IMG/VR virus record: IMGVR_UViG_3300010430_000018
Location: 18,421 to 82,420 of that record
DNA: 64,000 nt
Reading direction: 5' to 3' (one strand)
Source: a virus
Every line of letters begins with the position of its first letter. Positions within the stretch are counted from its first letter, which is position 1. Positions 28,800 to 39,019 of the stretch are shown piece after piece. The notes beneath the pieces were generated by a model that worked only from the letters and a program-made list of their open reading frames with translations, was not told the DNA's origin and made no database searches. Made by a program: the position numbers and the translations under genes.

Positions 28800-29786
28800 C
28801 TATAATTTAATCTTATTTACTAAGAAATCATAGGGTAAAGAAAAGTTTCTTTCTTTATAATGATAGTCAGCAGTTTTTAACGTACCACTTAAACCACTGG
28901 CCCACTGAGCCATAGTTTCCTGTGAAACACCAAATACATAGACTTGATTGTACTTATCAATTACTATAAAATTAAATATAAATGTATATTCATCTGCATC
29001 ATCTCCAAGAGAATCATAGACTAATTTACTGTAAATAGCGGCCTGCAACCAATAGTTATAAAAGTCAACACTATCTCTAAAATCTACAATTGTTTTACCA
29101 GATGTTTTTAAATCACATATTGTTACTGTTTTTGATTCACTATCAACAGTATAATAATCTATATAACCATGTATTCCAAAAGGGTAACCTTCTAATTCAG
29201 AAGATAAATACTTTTCTGCATGTGTAGTTATTGGATCTAAATCAAAATCAGTTTGTTCATTTTTAAATAAACTCATTACTTCATCATTAGATTTTATAAC
29301 TTCCGCTTTAGCTGTACAATCCTCTAAAGTATCTTGATTCACAACATCAACATTACTATTAGATAAAAACTTCCAATATGGTTCATTATCTTCTGTTCTT
29401 ATCTTAGCTATTCTTGACTCATCTGCTTTAAGAGATTGATATAAGTTTAAACTTTTTAATGAATCTAATATAATAAAGTCATCACATTCTTGTAGCGTTG
29501 GTGCATCTGTTACTAGTGACATATCTTTTAATACCTTTCTAACACTATCTGATGGTGCTTTACCGGGTACTACGTTAAACTTTTTATTTAAGTTCTCAGG
29601 TTCAAACACTAAACAATGTACAAGCTTACCTTCTACTAAATGTTTATCAGTTCTGACCTCACGATCTTTTAATATATAGTCCTTATAAAATAAGGATGGT
29701 GAAAATAATAATCTATTAAGAGAAGAGTAGCTAAACCTAAATGGTTTAGCATAAAACTCCTCTTCTTTTTGCAAGTCTTTATTCAT
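28800..29786 (-). CDS. PD-(D/E)xK exonuclease (RecB/ExoVIII-like)
   Basis: SYSSL, G.LVH, GYID...ICDLKT and Y.LQAAIY. Confidence 0.85.
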   Translation of the reverse strand: MNKDLQKEEEFYAKPFRFSYSSLNRLLFSPSLFYKDYILKDREVRTDKHLVEGKLVHCLVFEPENLNKKFNVVPGKAPSDSVRKVLKDMSLVTDAPTLQECDDFIILDSLKSLNLYQSLKADESRIAKIRTEDNEPYWKFLSNSNVDVVNQDTLEDCTAKAEVIKSNDEVMSLFKNEQTDFDLDPITTHAEKYLSSELEGYPFGIHGYIDYYTVDSESKTVTICDLKTSGKTIVDFRDSVDFYNYWLQAAIYSKLVYDSLGDDADEYTFIFNFIVIDKYNQVYVFGVSQETMAQWASGLSGTLKTADYHYKERNFSLPYDFLVNKIKL

Positions 29787-30891
29787 CTATATGTTTTTGC
29801 ATTTCTTCTTTTATATTTAAACAATCAATTGGCATTTTAAATACTGCAGCAGTATCTCCAATTATAGAACCTAATATATTTTTGTATAAACGTTCTCTTG
29901 TTTTATTTAAAACAAAGGTAGTTAATTTTTCATCTTCTATCAATAATTGTATATACTGATTATATGAATGTATTCCTTCACTTATACCGCCTTCATATTT
30001 TTTCATCCTTTTTCTGAATGATTTAACATTAACTGACTGCCAGTTTGAAGAATCTTTAAACCAATCATAATGCCAATAGTATAAGTAACTTACAACATTG
30101 AATGACTTATTTATATTACAATTTGCAAGCATTTCTACTGCAAGTGATCTACTATCTCTATCTCCTGATGTAATCATTTGTTTAATAGTTTCAAACTCAT
30201 CATCACTTATTTCAGCAAGCCCTTCATCAATTATATCAGAAACTTCAGTATCAAATATAATTTTTTCCGGGTTTGTATTCATAATATCATCTAAAACTGG
30301 AATCATATCTTTTTTAATATATACAATTCTGTTGCTACGATGATCTGGAAATTCAAATTTAGAAACTGTAAGTTTAGTAGATGAATTATAACTCCATGGT
30401 CTTTCTATAATTAACATACAGTCTTTAGGTAAACCTTCTACTATTTGCTTTACTTTAGTATAACCACTCTCTGATAAAAGTTTTTCTTCTACAAGATGTT
30501 TAAAGAATTTAAAACCTATTGTAAATGGATAACTTTTATCCCAACTGGTTTCTAATAAACTTTCAAAATACTTTGTTGATACAATTCTATAATCAGCAGT
30601 ATCAACTTTTCTTGTAACTTTTAGATTATATTTATCCTTTAGTAAGTCAACTTTTTGTGTTGGTAAAGTTAATTTGGGATATCTATATATATTTTTATCT
30701 TGAAGATTTATTACATTATTATTTTCTGGTAATAAATGTTCTCTAATAAAAGATCTAGTTATATGCCACCCTGCATTATCCGCTACATAGTTTCCTAATT
30801 CTTTTACAGTAAAGGCTGAACTATTAAATTTTTTATCTGGAGTGATACATTCATCATTTGAACTTAATTTTATTTTATATAATTTTTGCAT
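29779..30891 (-). CDS. Hypothetical protein, BRCT-like paralog A
   Basis: KNIYRYPKLTLP...LKVTRKVDTADYRIV resembles the same segment of the neighbouring gene. Confidence 0.6.
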   Translation of the reverse strand: MQKLYKIKLSSNDECITPDKKFNSSAFTVKELGNYVADNAGWHITRSFIREHLLPENNNVINLQDKNIYRYPKLTLPTQKVDLLKDKYNLKVTRKVDTADYRIVSTKYFESLLETSWDKSYPFTIGFKFFKHLVEEKLLSESGYTKVKQIVEGLPKDCMLIIERPWSYNSSTKLTVSKFEFPDHRSNRIVYIKKDMIPVLDDIMNTNPEKIIFDTEVSDIIDEGLAEISDDEFETIKQMITSGDRDSRSLAVEMLANCNINKSFNVVSYLYYWHYDWFKDSSNWQSVNVKSFRKRMKKYEGGISEGIHSYNQYIQLLIEDEKLTTFVLNKTRERLYKNILGSIIGDTAAVFKMPIDCLNIKEEMQKHIDE

Positions 30892-30897
30892 TTTTTT

Positions 30898-31932
30898 TTA
30901 TTTTAAATATTTCTGATATTCTTTTTTTACAGCTACCTTGAATGTATAAAGATCTCTATTCTGAATGCTTATTTCTCTTCTGACTATTGGTTCTAAATAT
31001 CTGAAAGTTGTTTTGCATAATTTATCATTTTCCTCTAACCATAGTATCATGTCTTGTGCACATTTACGACTTAAGGAATTAAATTCAGATGCTTCTATCC
31101 AATATTGTAAATCTTTATCTCTATTGTCTGCATATGTTATAAAACTACAGTCTTGTGCAAACTGCCATAACAAATGATAGTTATTCTTATAGTCAATAGT
31201 TGGTATAATTTTAAGAGCTAAAGCTTTATCATCACCATGCGAATTTAACTGAGCCTTAAGATCACTAAATAGTTGTTCGTCAAGAGTCATTTTAGTTGCA
31301 GAAGCATGAAGTACTGTTTCAGGATCAATAACACTTACATCTGTGGTGTCAATAATATGAGCTATACTTAATGCCATACCTGTAATCATCCAAACATCAT
31401 ATAAACTATCATTAATGTCTAAATCATAATATCTTACTTTATCAGTTAACTTATTAGTTATTATACATTCTTCTCCTGAATTATAAATTTGTAATTCTAA
31501 AGATTGAGTTGCTGATGCTCTTCCATTAGTAGTTTCATAATTCCATAACTTATTCATCATTAAAGTAGAAGGAATATTCTCTCCATTTTCTAATCTATAA
31601 CTTGCTATGTCGTCATGACCTATAATTAAATCTGCTAATTCATAATCATTTGTTACAGATATACCTTGCTCTTTGAGAGCAGCTTTTAATCTATCTTGAG
31701 ATACACTACACTTAGGTAATATAAAAGCTTTCTTTTTTGTTCTAAAAGTTTGTTCATCTTCTGTGGGAACAGTTAATATTCTATATATTTTATCATATGT
31801 TTTTTCATCTTGAGTACATAATACTTTACTTACCCCTGAAGTAGAAAGGACACCATAAATAGTGTCCTGTTCTAAATCAAAGTAAGATAAAGCAGTAAGA
31901 TCAAGATTTTGATATACTGATTTATTTGCCAT
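30898..31932 (-). CDS. Hypothetical protein, BRCT-like paralog B
   Basis: KKAFILPKCSVS...ISVTNDYELADLII. Confidence 0.6.
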   Translation of the reverse strand: MANKSVYQNLDLTALSYFDLEQDTIYGVLSTSGVSKVLCTQDEKTYDKIYRILTVPTEDEQTFRTKKKAFILPKCSVSQDRLKAALKEQGISVTNDYELADLIIGHDDIASYRLENGENIPSTLMMNKLWNYETTNGRASATQSLELQIYNSGEECIITNKLTDKVRYYDLDINDSLYDVWMITGMALSIAHIIDTTDVSVIDPETVLHASATKMTLDEQLFSDLKAQLNSHGDDKALALKIIPTIDYKNNYHLLWQFAQDCSFITYADNRDKDLQYWIEASEFNSLSRKCAQDMILWLEENDKLCKTTFRYLEPIVRREISIQNRDLYTFKVAVKKEYQKYLK

Positions 31933-31933
31933 T

Positions 31934-33205
31934 TTATTTCATTGTCATTTTGATAATCTCTGGAATCATCATTAGTTTATTAAACTTTTTCTTATTACCA
32001 TTAAATATGGTGCGTACAACTAAATACTTAAGATCATTAGTAAAGTAATCTAAAGTACATAGAGACTTAAGTCTATCAGTAATTTTTTGTGTTATAGTAT
32101 TATCTTTAGAATATACTACAGCATAATTACCAAGTCTTGTTGCCAATGTAGCAGCAATATCTGCACGGTAAGTATCATCTTTACCAATACAACCTCTAAG
32201 TTCACCAAGTATATAAGATTCATTTTCATGTGATAACAAATCTTTAGGTGTAACTAACTTATCTAACTTATTATTAATAAAGGTTGTAAACATAGAAGCA
32301 AAAGAATCACCAACACTACCTTCTCCAATCATTTGGATCAGAGATAAATTATCTTCAAAGTTGTCAAAACTAGATATAGCATTAAAGAACGTTGTAATGG
32401 ATCTTGCATTTGTTTCTTGTGTTACTAACTCTGGATGGAGCAACAGGAAGTTAATACATCTTGTATCAATTCCTGCACCCTCAGCCCATTGTGCCCATAC
32501 ATTAACATCAAACTTTAAGTTAGCGGTTACATATCTAGTCTTCTGTGCACTATCTACACTGTTAACCATATAGTCTCCATTATCCGGGTTTGCTGTCAAA
32601 ATTATGTGCCAGTCTTTTGGTAATGTCCATGAAATATAAGATTGTCTATCAATTAATTCCATAACTGCTTGAATAAATCTTGTATCAGCACGGTTCCAGT
32701 CATCTAGTAATAAGATACCACCGGCCTTTGCATCAGCAATCCATTCAGGAGCACAATAAGACATTCTATTTTTACCTGTCATTTTATATCCATTTTTAAG
32801 ATACTCTTGTACGGCAAGTTCATCTACCCACATCCCTACTTTTTTAGTAGTAGTAGTAGACATATTTGCTAGACTTGTACCAGCCGCTCTCTGTGCTGCA
32901 GTTACCATAGATAAATCATCTATTTTCTTTGCAGGTACAGTTTTTTCTTTATACATCTGAAATTGACGTACAGGAAAACCAACAAGATCACCTAACTCTT
33001 CTATCTGAGCTAAGTTTAATTTTACAAACTTTAGATTATTTTCTTGAGCTAACTCAACAATTGTAGAAGTTTTACCAATACCTGATTCACCTACAACTTC
33101 TACTGATACAGAGTTTTTATTCTCATCTTGCAAAAATCTATTGTTTTTTATTATGTGATTTATAAATCCTTTTAATTCTGTTACGTTTAAATTTACTTGT
33201 GCCAT
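31934..33205 (-). CDS. MoxR-like AAA+ ATPase
   Basis: Walker A GESGIGKT, GDLVGFP, Walker B LLLDDWNR and TANP. Confidence 0.88.
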   Translation of the reverse strand: MAQVNLNVTELKGFINHIIKNNRFLQDENKNSVSVEVVGESGIGKTSTIVELAQENNLKFVKLNLAQIEELGDLVGFPVRQFQMYKEKTVPAKKIDDLSMVTAAQRAAGTSLANMSTTTTKKVGMWVDELAVQEYLKNGYKMTGKNRMSYCAPEWIADAKAGGILLLDDWNRADTRFIQAVMELIDRQSYISWTLPKDWHIILTANPDNGDYMVNSVDSAQKTRYVTANLKFDVNVWAQWAEGAGIDTRCINFLLLHPELVTQETNARSITTFFNAISSFDNFEDNLSLIQMIGEGSVGDSFASMFTTFINNKLDKLVTPKDLLSHENESYILGELRGCIGKDDTYRADIAATLATRLGNYAVVYSKDNTITQKITDRLKSLCTLDYFTNDLKYLVVRTIFNGNKKKFNKLMMIPEIIKMTMK

Positions 33206-33211
33206 TTTCTA

Positions 33212-34375
33212 TTAATTTAATTTAATTTTTAATCCTGGTAATTCTTCATTTATTTCAGATACACTACTATGAACCCATAAAGTGTTCTTAGGACAGTCAT
33301 CTGGAGAATATGCTTCACCATCTGTTAAATATATAAGAGCTGTATATTGCCCTTTTTTTTCATTATAGTGATCAATAACTGGTTGGAAGCTTGTTCCACC
33401 ACGACCATGTATTTCCCAATCTTTTTTTGGATTGAATTCTTTCACGCTTTTCAAGCGAGTATCACACTGTGCAACAGTAATCTTATGACCCGTCTTATGC
33501 ATATGCGTAAGTTCACTAAAGAATTCTTTTAGCTCATCATTATTTACAGATCCACTTGTGTCAACTCCAACAAGTATATGATTTTTAAACTTGATTTTAA
33601 GACCAGGATTAGCTGAGTAACGTTTGTTATACTTACGTCTCAGCTTTTTAGTATATACTATACTTGAATTCCCAACAAATCTTCTTAAATAACCTCTCCA
33701 ATCAAATTTAGGTGGCTCAACATGTAAAAGCCTATGTATGATATCAGCAAGTTCACCGGGTATATTACCACATTTTTTTTCTGTTTGCTCTGCTGTATCT
33801 TTTAACTGATGCTCAATTTGTTTTTGCATAAGTTTCTTATCTGCTTCAGGTAGCTCATCAAATTCCTCCCATGTACTATGACAATAAGGTGATTCACCAT
33901 TCATTTGGTTCATCAAATTATCAAGAGATGGACATGTACCATCTTCTTTAGCTTGTAAAAGTAAATTATAATATACTTTTGTACCTGCTTTAGTAGGAAG
34001 TTTTAATTCAGGAAAACTACTCAACAATAAACCTCCCTTAGGAAGTTTACTTTCCAGTATGTACTGGTTAATCTCTAGATCTGCAGCTATATTAAATAAT
34101 TTATGATCAGAGTATAAGTCTCTCATTATTAAATGACCAAATGCAATATGCAATAGCTCATGTTTAATTAATCCAAATCTGTGATCCTCACTTAAATTAA
34201 TATAGAACTCTGGATTTATAGTCAATTGTATACCAATACCATGTTTACTTACACCTGCTGTAGGTATACGTTCACTATATTGTTTGTTTATACCAATTAA
34301 AAAGAGCCCGTAAAAGGGCTCAGTAAATATTAAAGTTTTAGTTGTTTTAGCAACTTGATCTTGTATATTAATCAT
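33212..34375 (-). CDS. DUF2201-type metallopeptidase-vWA protein
   Basis: HELLH, N.AADLEIN, VDTSGS, GRGGT.F.P and YLTDG. Confidence 0.88.
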   Translation of the reverse strand: MINIQDQVAKTTKTLIFTEPFYGLFLIGINKQYSERIPTAGVSKHGIGIQLTINPEFYINLSEDHRFGLIKHELLHIAFGHLIMRDLYSDHKLFNIAADLEINQYILESKLPKGGLLLSSFPELKLPTKAGTKVYYNLLLQAKEDGTCPSLDNLMNQMNGESPYCHSTWEEFDELPEADKKLMQKQIEHQLKDTAEQTEKKCGNIPGELADIIHRLLHVEPPKFDWRGYLRRFVGNSSIVYTKKLRRKYNKRYSANPGLKIKFKNHILVGVDTSGSVNNDELKEFFSELTHMHKTGHKITVAQCDTRLKSVKEFNPKKDWEIHGRGGTSFQPVIDHYNEKKGQYTALIYLTDGEAYSPDDCPKNTLWVHSSVSEINEELPGLKIKLN

Positions 34376-34376
34376 C

Positions 34377-34682
34377 TCATTTATTTTTAGTTATTTGTTT
34401 AAGTATTTTATGATATATATCATTTGCTTTATCAAAAGCCATATAAGCAACTATATTATTACTATATAAAGTTTCTATATGAATGTCCATTTTAACAGCA
34501 TCTATAAAATACTTTCTATTATCAAATACTAATGCTTTACACATAAGTAAATCAAGTAGTTCTTTTTCTTTATAGTTACTATTATTATATATTTGACAAG
34601 CCATAGCTTGATCATCAGGTAAACCGTTAAACATTTCAACTAACTTAAAAAACTCTTTCTCTGTTATAATGTTTTTTGCCAT
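34377..34682 (-). CDS. Hypothetical protein
   Basis: ORF track, 101 aa. Confidence 0.55.
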   Translation of the reverse strand: MAKNIITEKEFFKLVEMFNGLPDDQAMACQIYNNSNYKEKELLDLLMCKALVFDNRKYFIDAVKMDIHIETLYSNNIVAYMAFDKANDIYHKILKQITKNK

Positions 34683-34684
34683 AC

Positions 34685-35077
34685 TTAATTAAAATCAACT
34701 ATTTCTATCCAAACTCCTGGATTTTGTTTATCATATGTATATTTCTCAAATGCTGGTATAATAAATTCTGCATTATCATCTTCTATCCATCCATACTTAA
34801 CCATATCATCTTGCACTGTTTGTGCAGGATTTATATAATCAAACTTATGACGGCTACCTCTAATAAATTCAAAAGATATTTTTATTGGTAACTCACGTGT
34901 TTTTAATGCTTCTTTAAATTCATCAGTATAGCTTAAATAAATAGCCTTAGTGGCCTTTCTATAATTCATTACAGCTTTACTAGCAATAAAGTATTTACCT
35001 GTCCAGCGTCTTCCGTTCTTACTTGAAGGAACATTACCTGGTATCCACCAACGCATTACTTTTTTTATTTCTCCCAT
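34685..35077 (-). CDS. RusA-like Holliday junction resolvase
   Basis: VPSSKN, D..N....VQD.M......DDN. Confidence 0.75.
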   Translation of the reverse strand: MGEIKKVMRWWIPGNVPSSKNGRRWTGKYFIASKAVMNYRKATKAIYLSYTDEFKEALKTRELPIKISFEFIRGSRHKFDYINPAQTVQDDMVKYGWIEDDNAEFIIPAFEKYTYDKQNPGVWIEIVDFN

Positions 35078-35078
35078 G

Positions 35079-36056
35079 TTATTTATTTAATGCTTCTTTT
35101 AATAGCGGTTTTAACATTGCATGAACTTTTTGGAAACCGTGTTCCCTCATTGCATCTGCAATATCTTTACTTAAAGTAGGATGAGTGCCATATACTTCAT
35201 ATGTCTTAGCATATCTTTCAATAGCTTCTATACCTGCTTTATCATTATCAAATAAAGTGATTACTTTTTTATACTTTTTTTTCAGATATTGTATTATGTG
35301 AGGTTTAATCATAGTATTCTCTGAGTCTGGTGCTATAACCTCTAAGTTATATCCCATACCTTTAAGACACATAGCATCTTTTAATGAAGAACATATTACT
35401 AAATAAGGTTGATTATATTTTAATTGATCTAACCCTTGTAAATAGTTTTTTACTTTAAAGAACTTATGTGTTTTACTTTTTGGTTGATAAAATTTAAATG
35501 GTTGCCCATCTTTATCAAAATATCCAAAACACATACTATTACCAATGCGTAAACTTTTAAATTCTGATCCTTTAGTTTTAATTAAATTAAAATAATCAAC
35601 AGGCTTAACATTATATTCTTCTAGTATTGTTTTTCCTATTCTATAACTTAACCAATACTTTTGATCAATTATACTCCAACCTTTAGTTTTAACAAAATCC
35701 AGTTTCCACTTAGGTTCTGGTACAATATCTTGAGTTTTATATTCGGGTGACTTTACATATTTATTATAGTCTGCAACTATTCTTTGCATAGCTTCTGCAT
35801 ACTCTATTTCAAATAGTGACTTTACTAAATCTATTTTATTACCACTTTTACCAGTTGAAAAATCTTTAAACTTATATTGCATTATTGTTTTATCAACATA
35901 TATGCAAAAGCTTGGTGTTCTTTCAGATGGATTAAAGATTGATTTAATCTTTACATCTTGTCCCGTAAGGGGTTCTGATAAATTTAAATAATATTGAAAT
36001 ATCCATGTGCTTGGTGCATCCGATCCTTCTAATACAAAATTTTTAGTACTAAACAT
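35079..36056 (-). CDS. DNA primase (crAss-like DnaG/TOPRIM)
   Basis: ERTPSF, FKDFS, LFDNDKAG and KDIAD. Confidence 0.8.
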   Translation of the reverse strand: MFSTKNFVLEGSDAPSTWIFQYYLNLSEPLTGQDVKIKSIFNPSERTPSFCIYVDKTIMQYKFKDFSTGKSGNKIDLVKSLFEIEYAEAMQRIVADYNKYVKSPEYKTQDIVPEPKWKLDFVKTKGWSIIDQKYWLSYRIGKTILEEYNVKPVDYFNLIKTKGSEFKSLRIGNSMCFGYFDKDGQPFKFYQPKSKTHKFFKVKNYLQGLDQLKYNQPYLVICSSLKDAMCLKGMGYNLEVIAPDSENTMIKPHIIQYLKKKYKKVITLFDNDKAGIEAIERYAKTYEVYGTHPTLSKDIADAMREHGFQKVHAMLKPLLKEALNK

Positions 36057-36077
36057 AATCCAAATGTATTAAAAAGA

Positions 36078-36106
36078 AATGGGCTCAGCATTACACTAAG
36101 CCCATT
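36078..36106. terminator. Intrinsic terminator
   Basis: AATGGGCT...AGCCCATT with a GTAA loop on the minus strand and T-tracts. Confidence 0.7.
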
Positions 36107-36119
36107 CTTTTAATTAATA

Positions 36120-36794
36120 TTATAGGTCAAAATCATCACCTACTACTTTAGCTGGTTCAAAGCTATTTGTTTTAGGTTCATCATTTTTTACTAATTTTCT
36201 TAAATGATTAGTATTATTACTATCAAATTGTAAGAGTCTGCTGTTCTCAGCATTTAAAGCTTCAATTGGTACACCGTCTTTACTTCTCTTAGGTAAAAAT
36301 AGATCATTATTAATATAACCATCTCTGTTTTCCCATTCACGTGCACCTAAACAAACATTAATGTATTCACTATTAGAGAATAATTTATTACACTCTACCA
36401 TAAATGTTTCAATTGTATTGGCTTCAATTTTATCTAGCTCAGCTCTTTTACCAAGTGCTTCTGATAAAAACACCATAGATTTTAATACTTCTGTATCTCT
36501 AGATATTTCTGTTCCACTTTGTAAAGTTGTATCTTTATATGGATACGGGCTAAATCTTACTCTACCAACTTGTCCTTCATATTTTGGTCCATTTGGGTTG
36601 TCCATATCTTTTAAGAAACCATTAAACTCTCCTGTTACAGGCTCTGATTCAACATGCAGTACAATATTGTATGCTTCTGTATCATAAGGTGTTTGATCAA
36701 ATGATATTGAGTTAATTTTAACTACTTGATTACCTGGTTCAATTACAGGTTTTGTTCCGCCTGTGTTTACAGACATGTCTTTAGTACTAAACAT
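36120..36794 (-). CDS. Putative ssDNA-binding protein (DUF669-like)
   Basis: Lies between the Sak4-like ATPase and the primase; acidic-aromatic tail GDDFDL. Confidence 0.6.
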   Translation of the reverse strand: MFSTKDMSVNTGGTKPVIEPGNQVVKINSISFDQTPYDTEAYNIVLHVESEPVTGEFNGFLKDMDNPNGPKYEGQVGRVRFSPYPYKDTTLQSGTEISRDTEVLKSMVFLSEALGKRAELDKIEANTIETFMVECNKLFSNSEYINVCLGAREWENRDGYINNDLFLPKRSKDGVPIEALNAENSRLLQFDSNNTNHLRKLVKNDEPKTNSFEPAKVVGDDFDL

Positions 36795-36826
36795 AATTTA
36801 CTTTTTTTATTTATTTATTAATTAAT

Positions 36827-37510
36827 TTACTCTTCATATTTTTCAATGCAATCTTTTACATACTGTAGGTCATTAGGAATGAAGAAATCCTCAAACATAC
36901 CCATAGGTGATTTACATGTGTTCTCTCCTGAGTTTTGAGTTTCAAAACCATATTCAAGCACACCATCATCATTTTTATTTACTCTTCCAAATAATACTAT
37001 AGAAAAGAGACCTTCCAAAGTTAAAGCATTATCAATCATTTTACCAATTGTTTTTGCTTTGATCTTTCTATTTCCGTTTATATCAGTAGAATCTTCTGAG
37101 TGTGTCAAAAAGATTACAGTTAAGTCTTCTCTTAAATCTTTAGGTAACTTAGCAACCATGGCTAAATTAGATGCAATCTGAGTAAACTTATCATATCCTT
37201 TTTCATTAGCTCTATCAAAATATTCAAAAGAACTCATATACTGCCAGTCATCAACAACTATTGTTTTTATATCTGGCATTTTATCATTAACATGCTTCAT
37301 TGCCTTTATAATACCAGGAGCACTTGCTGCTGATGTTAAATTACCTTTGGGGTTATCTTTAGTTATTTGAGTATACTTACTCTTATAACCTTTGAAAGGT
37401 AAAGGCTTATTTGCAATGTTTATAATGAAAGTCTCTTTAGGGTTTAATGTTCTGATTGAGGTAGACTTTCCTGTACCTGAATCTGCAATTACTAATACGC
37501 TTTGTGCCAT
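36827..37510 (-). CDS. AAA_24/Sak4-like ATPase
   Basis: ADSGTGKS, IVVDD, LTH.E and CKSP. Confidence 0.8.
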   Translation of the reverse strand: MAQSVLVIADSGTGKSTSIRTLNPKETFIINIANKPLPFKGYKSKYTQITKDNPKGNLTSAASAPGIIKAMKHVNDKMPDIKTIVVDDWQYMSSFEYFDRANEKGYDKFTQIASNLAMVAKLPKDLREDLTVIFLTHSEDSTDINGNRKIKAKTIGKMIDNALTLEGLFSIVLFGRVNKNDDGVLEYGFETQNSGENTCKSPMGMFEDFFIPNDLQYVKDCIEKYEE

Positions 37511-37511
37511 T

Positions 37512-38066
37512 TTATTTAATTAATTTATTGATTACTTTTGTTAAGGTTATTATTGACTGATTGATATCTTCTAATTTATTTACCAATGCGTCTTCTTTAT
37601 TAACTGGATCTGGTCCGGTTAAATCTTCAAAGGGTATAGGTTTACTTATATTAGTAATACTACCCTTTCTATTTGTTACATCATTAATAACTTTTAACTC
37701 TGTAACAGGAATAAGATGTCTTTGAAAACCTGTACTGGAAGTAATTAATTCATATTCAGTTTTCCAATGAGGATTATACTTATGTAAGTACAATGTTCTT
37801 TTTGGATCTTCTGAATCATAATCTATACTAACAAATTCAGTATATACATTTTCTTCTTTTTCAAGTTCACTTGGAAAAAAGCTAACATGTAATTCATCTT
37901 TGCCTTTAGGTCTATAAGCCATCTTAGGAATATATAAAGCATTTATAATACCTTCTTTTTGAAAGTAATCTTCATGCTCTTCTCTTAATGTTGCAACTTT
38001 TTTTTTACGTTGCTCTGGTGTTAATCCCATTTTCTGTGTTTTATTTATGTTTTTAGTATTTATCAT
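37512..38066 (-). CDS. Hypothetical protein
   Basis: ORF track, 184 aa. Confidence 0.6.
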   Translation of the reverse strand: MINTKNINKTQKMGLTPEQRKKKVATLREEHEDYFQKEGIINALYIPKMAYRPKGKDELHVSFFPSELEKEENVYTEFVSIDYDSEDPKRTLYLHKYNPHWKTEYELITSSTGFQRHLIPVTELKVINDVTNRKGSITNISKPIPFEDLTGPDPVNKEDALVNKLEDINQSIITLTKVINKLIK

Positions 38067-39019
38067 CTTCTTTCTTGTTGGCCCGGAGTAGGCATTTCTT
38101 CTATTTGCATTTGTTCAAACTTTGCTTTAAAGAAACTCATTCTTGCATCTCCATTTCTGGCTTTTAAGAAGTGTAAAACTAAAGTTCTATCATTTTCTAT
38201 TATATATCTATCAGGTCCATAGAATCTAATTTTTTGTTTAGCAGGTCTGTTAATACCTATTAAAGTATCTGCATGCTGTAACATTGCATCTGATCCAAAT
38301 ATATCTGACTCAAGTATATAATTTCCATATTTACCATCTATTGCTCTGTCAGGATTATCTATATTCCTATTAAGTTGTGACAAAGCAATAAATAAACAAG
38401 GATAATCTCTTTTACATTGCGTAAAGAATTCACCTAACTCAAATAACATATCTAATGTGCTATTTTGGTATGGTGCTCTCTTAACTAACATAGTATGATC
38501 AAGAGTTATCATTGTATTTTTACCTTTATGTGCAGTCATATATTTATCAATTTGCTCACGCATTTGATTAACTGTCATAGGTGTAGATATAATATCAACA
38601 GGATACTTTACTCTTTCTTTAGCATACTGGTGACATTTATTTAAAGTGTCTGTAGTTAATACACTACCAGCACTACATAGTTCTTTATAAGTTTTACCCG
38701 TTATAGAACTAAACTCTCTTATAGCTGAGGTTCTTCCTACCATTTCAAATTGAAATTCTAAAACTCTGAATTCATCATTTGGATTTAGCATGAATGACTC
38801 TCTAATTATTTGATCTTTAATTAACGTTTTACCTGAGCCAGGTCTTCCACCAATTACAGTTAGAGTATTCCATTCTAAACCATCAGTGGTTGCGTCATTA
38901 AATTTAGGCCATGGAGTATAGATTGATTTCTCTTCTCCTGTTGACCTTCTAAACATATATTTAAGCGCTTCATTAAAGGCAGTATACTGCCCCACCCATG
39001 ATTCTTTGGTTTTACTCAT
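38063..39019 (-). CDS. dnaB: DnaB-like replicative helicase (C-terminal domain only)
   Basis: GGRPGSGKT, FEM, LDH, LSQLNR and KARNG. Confidence 0.9.
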   Translation of the reverse strand: MSKTKESWVGQYTAFNEALKYMFRRSTGEEKSIYTPWPKFNDATTDGLEWNTLTVIGGRPGSGKTLIKDQIIRESFMLNPNDEFRVLEFQFEMVGRTSAIREFSSITGKTYKELCSAGSVLTTDTLNKCHQYAKERVKYPVDIISTPMTVNQMREQIDKYMTAHKGKNTMITLDHTMLVKRAPYQNSTLDMLFELGEFFTQCKRDYPCLFIALSQLNRNIDNPDRAIDGKYGNYILESDIFGSDAMLQHADTLIGINRPAKQKIRFYGPDRYIIENDRTLVLHFLKARNGDARMSFFKAKFEQMQIEEMPTPGQQERR

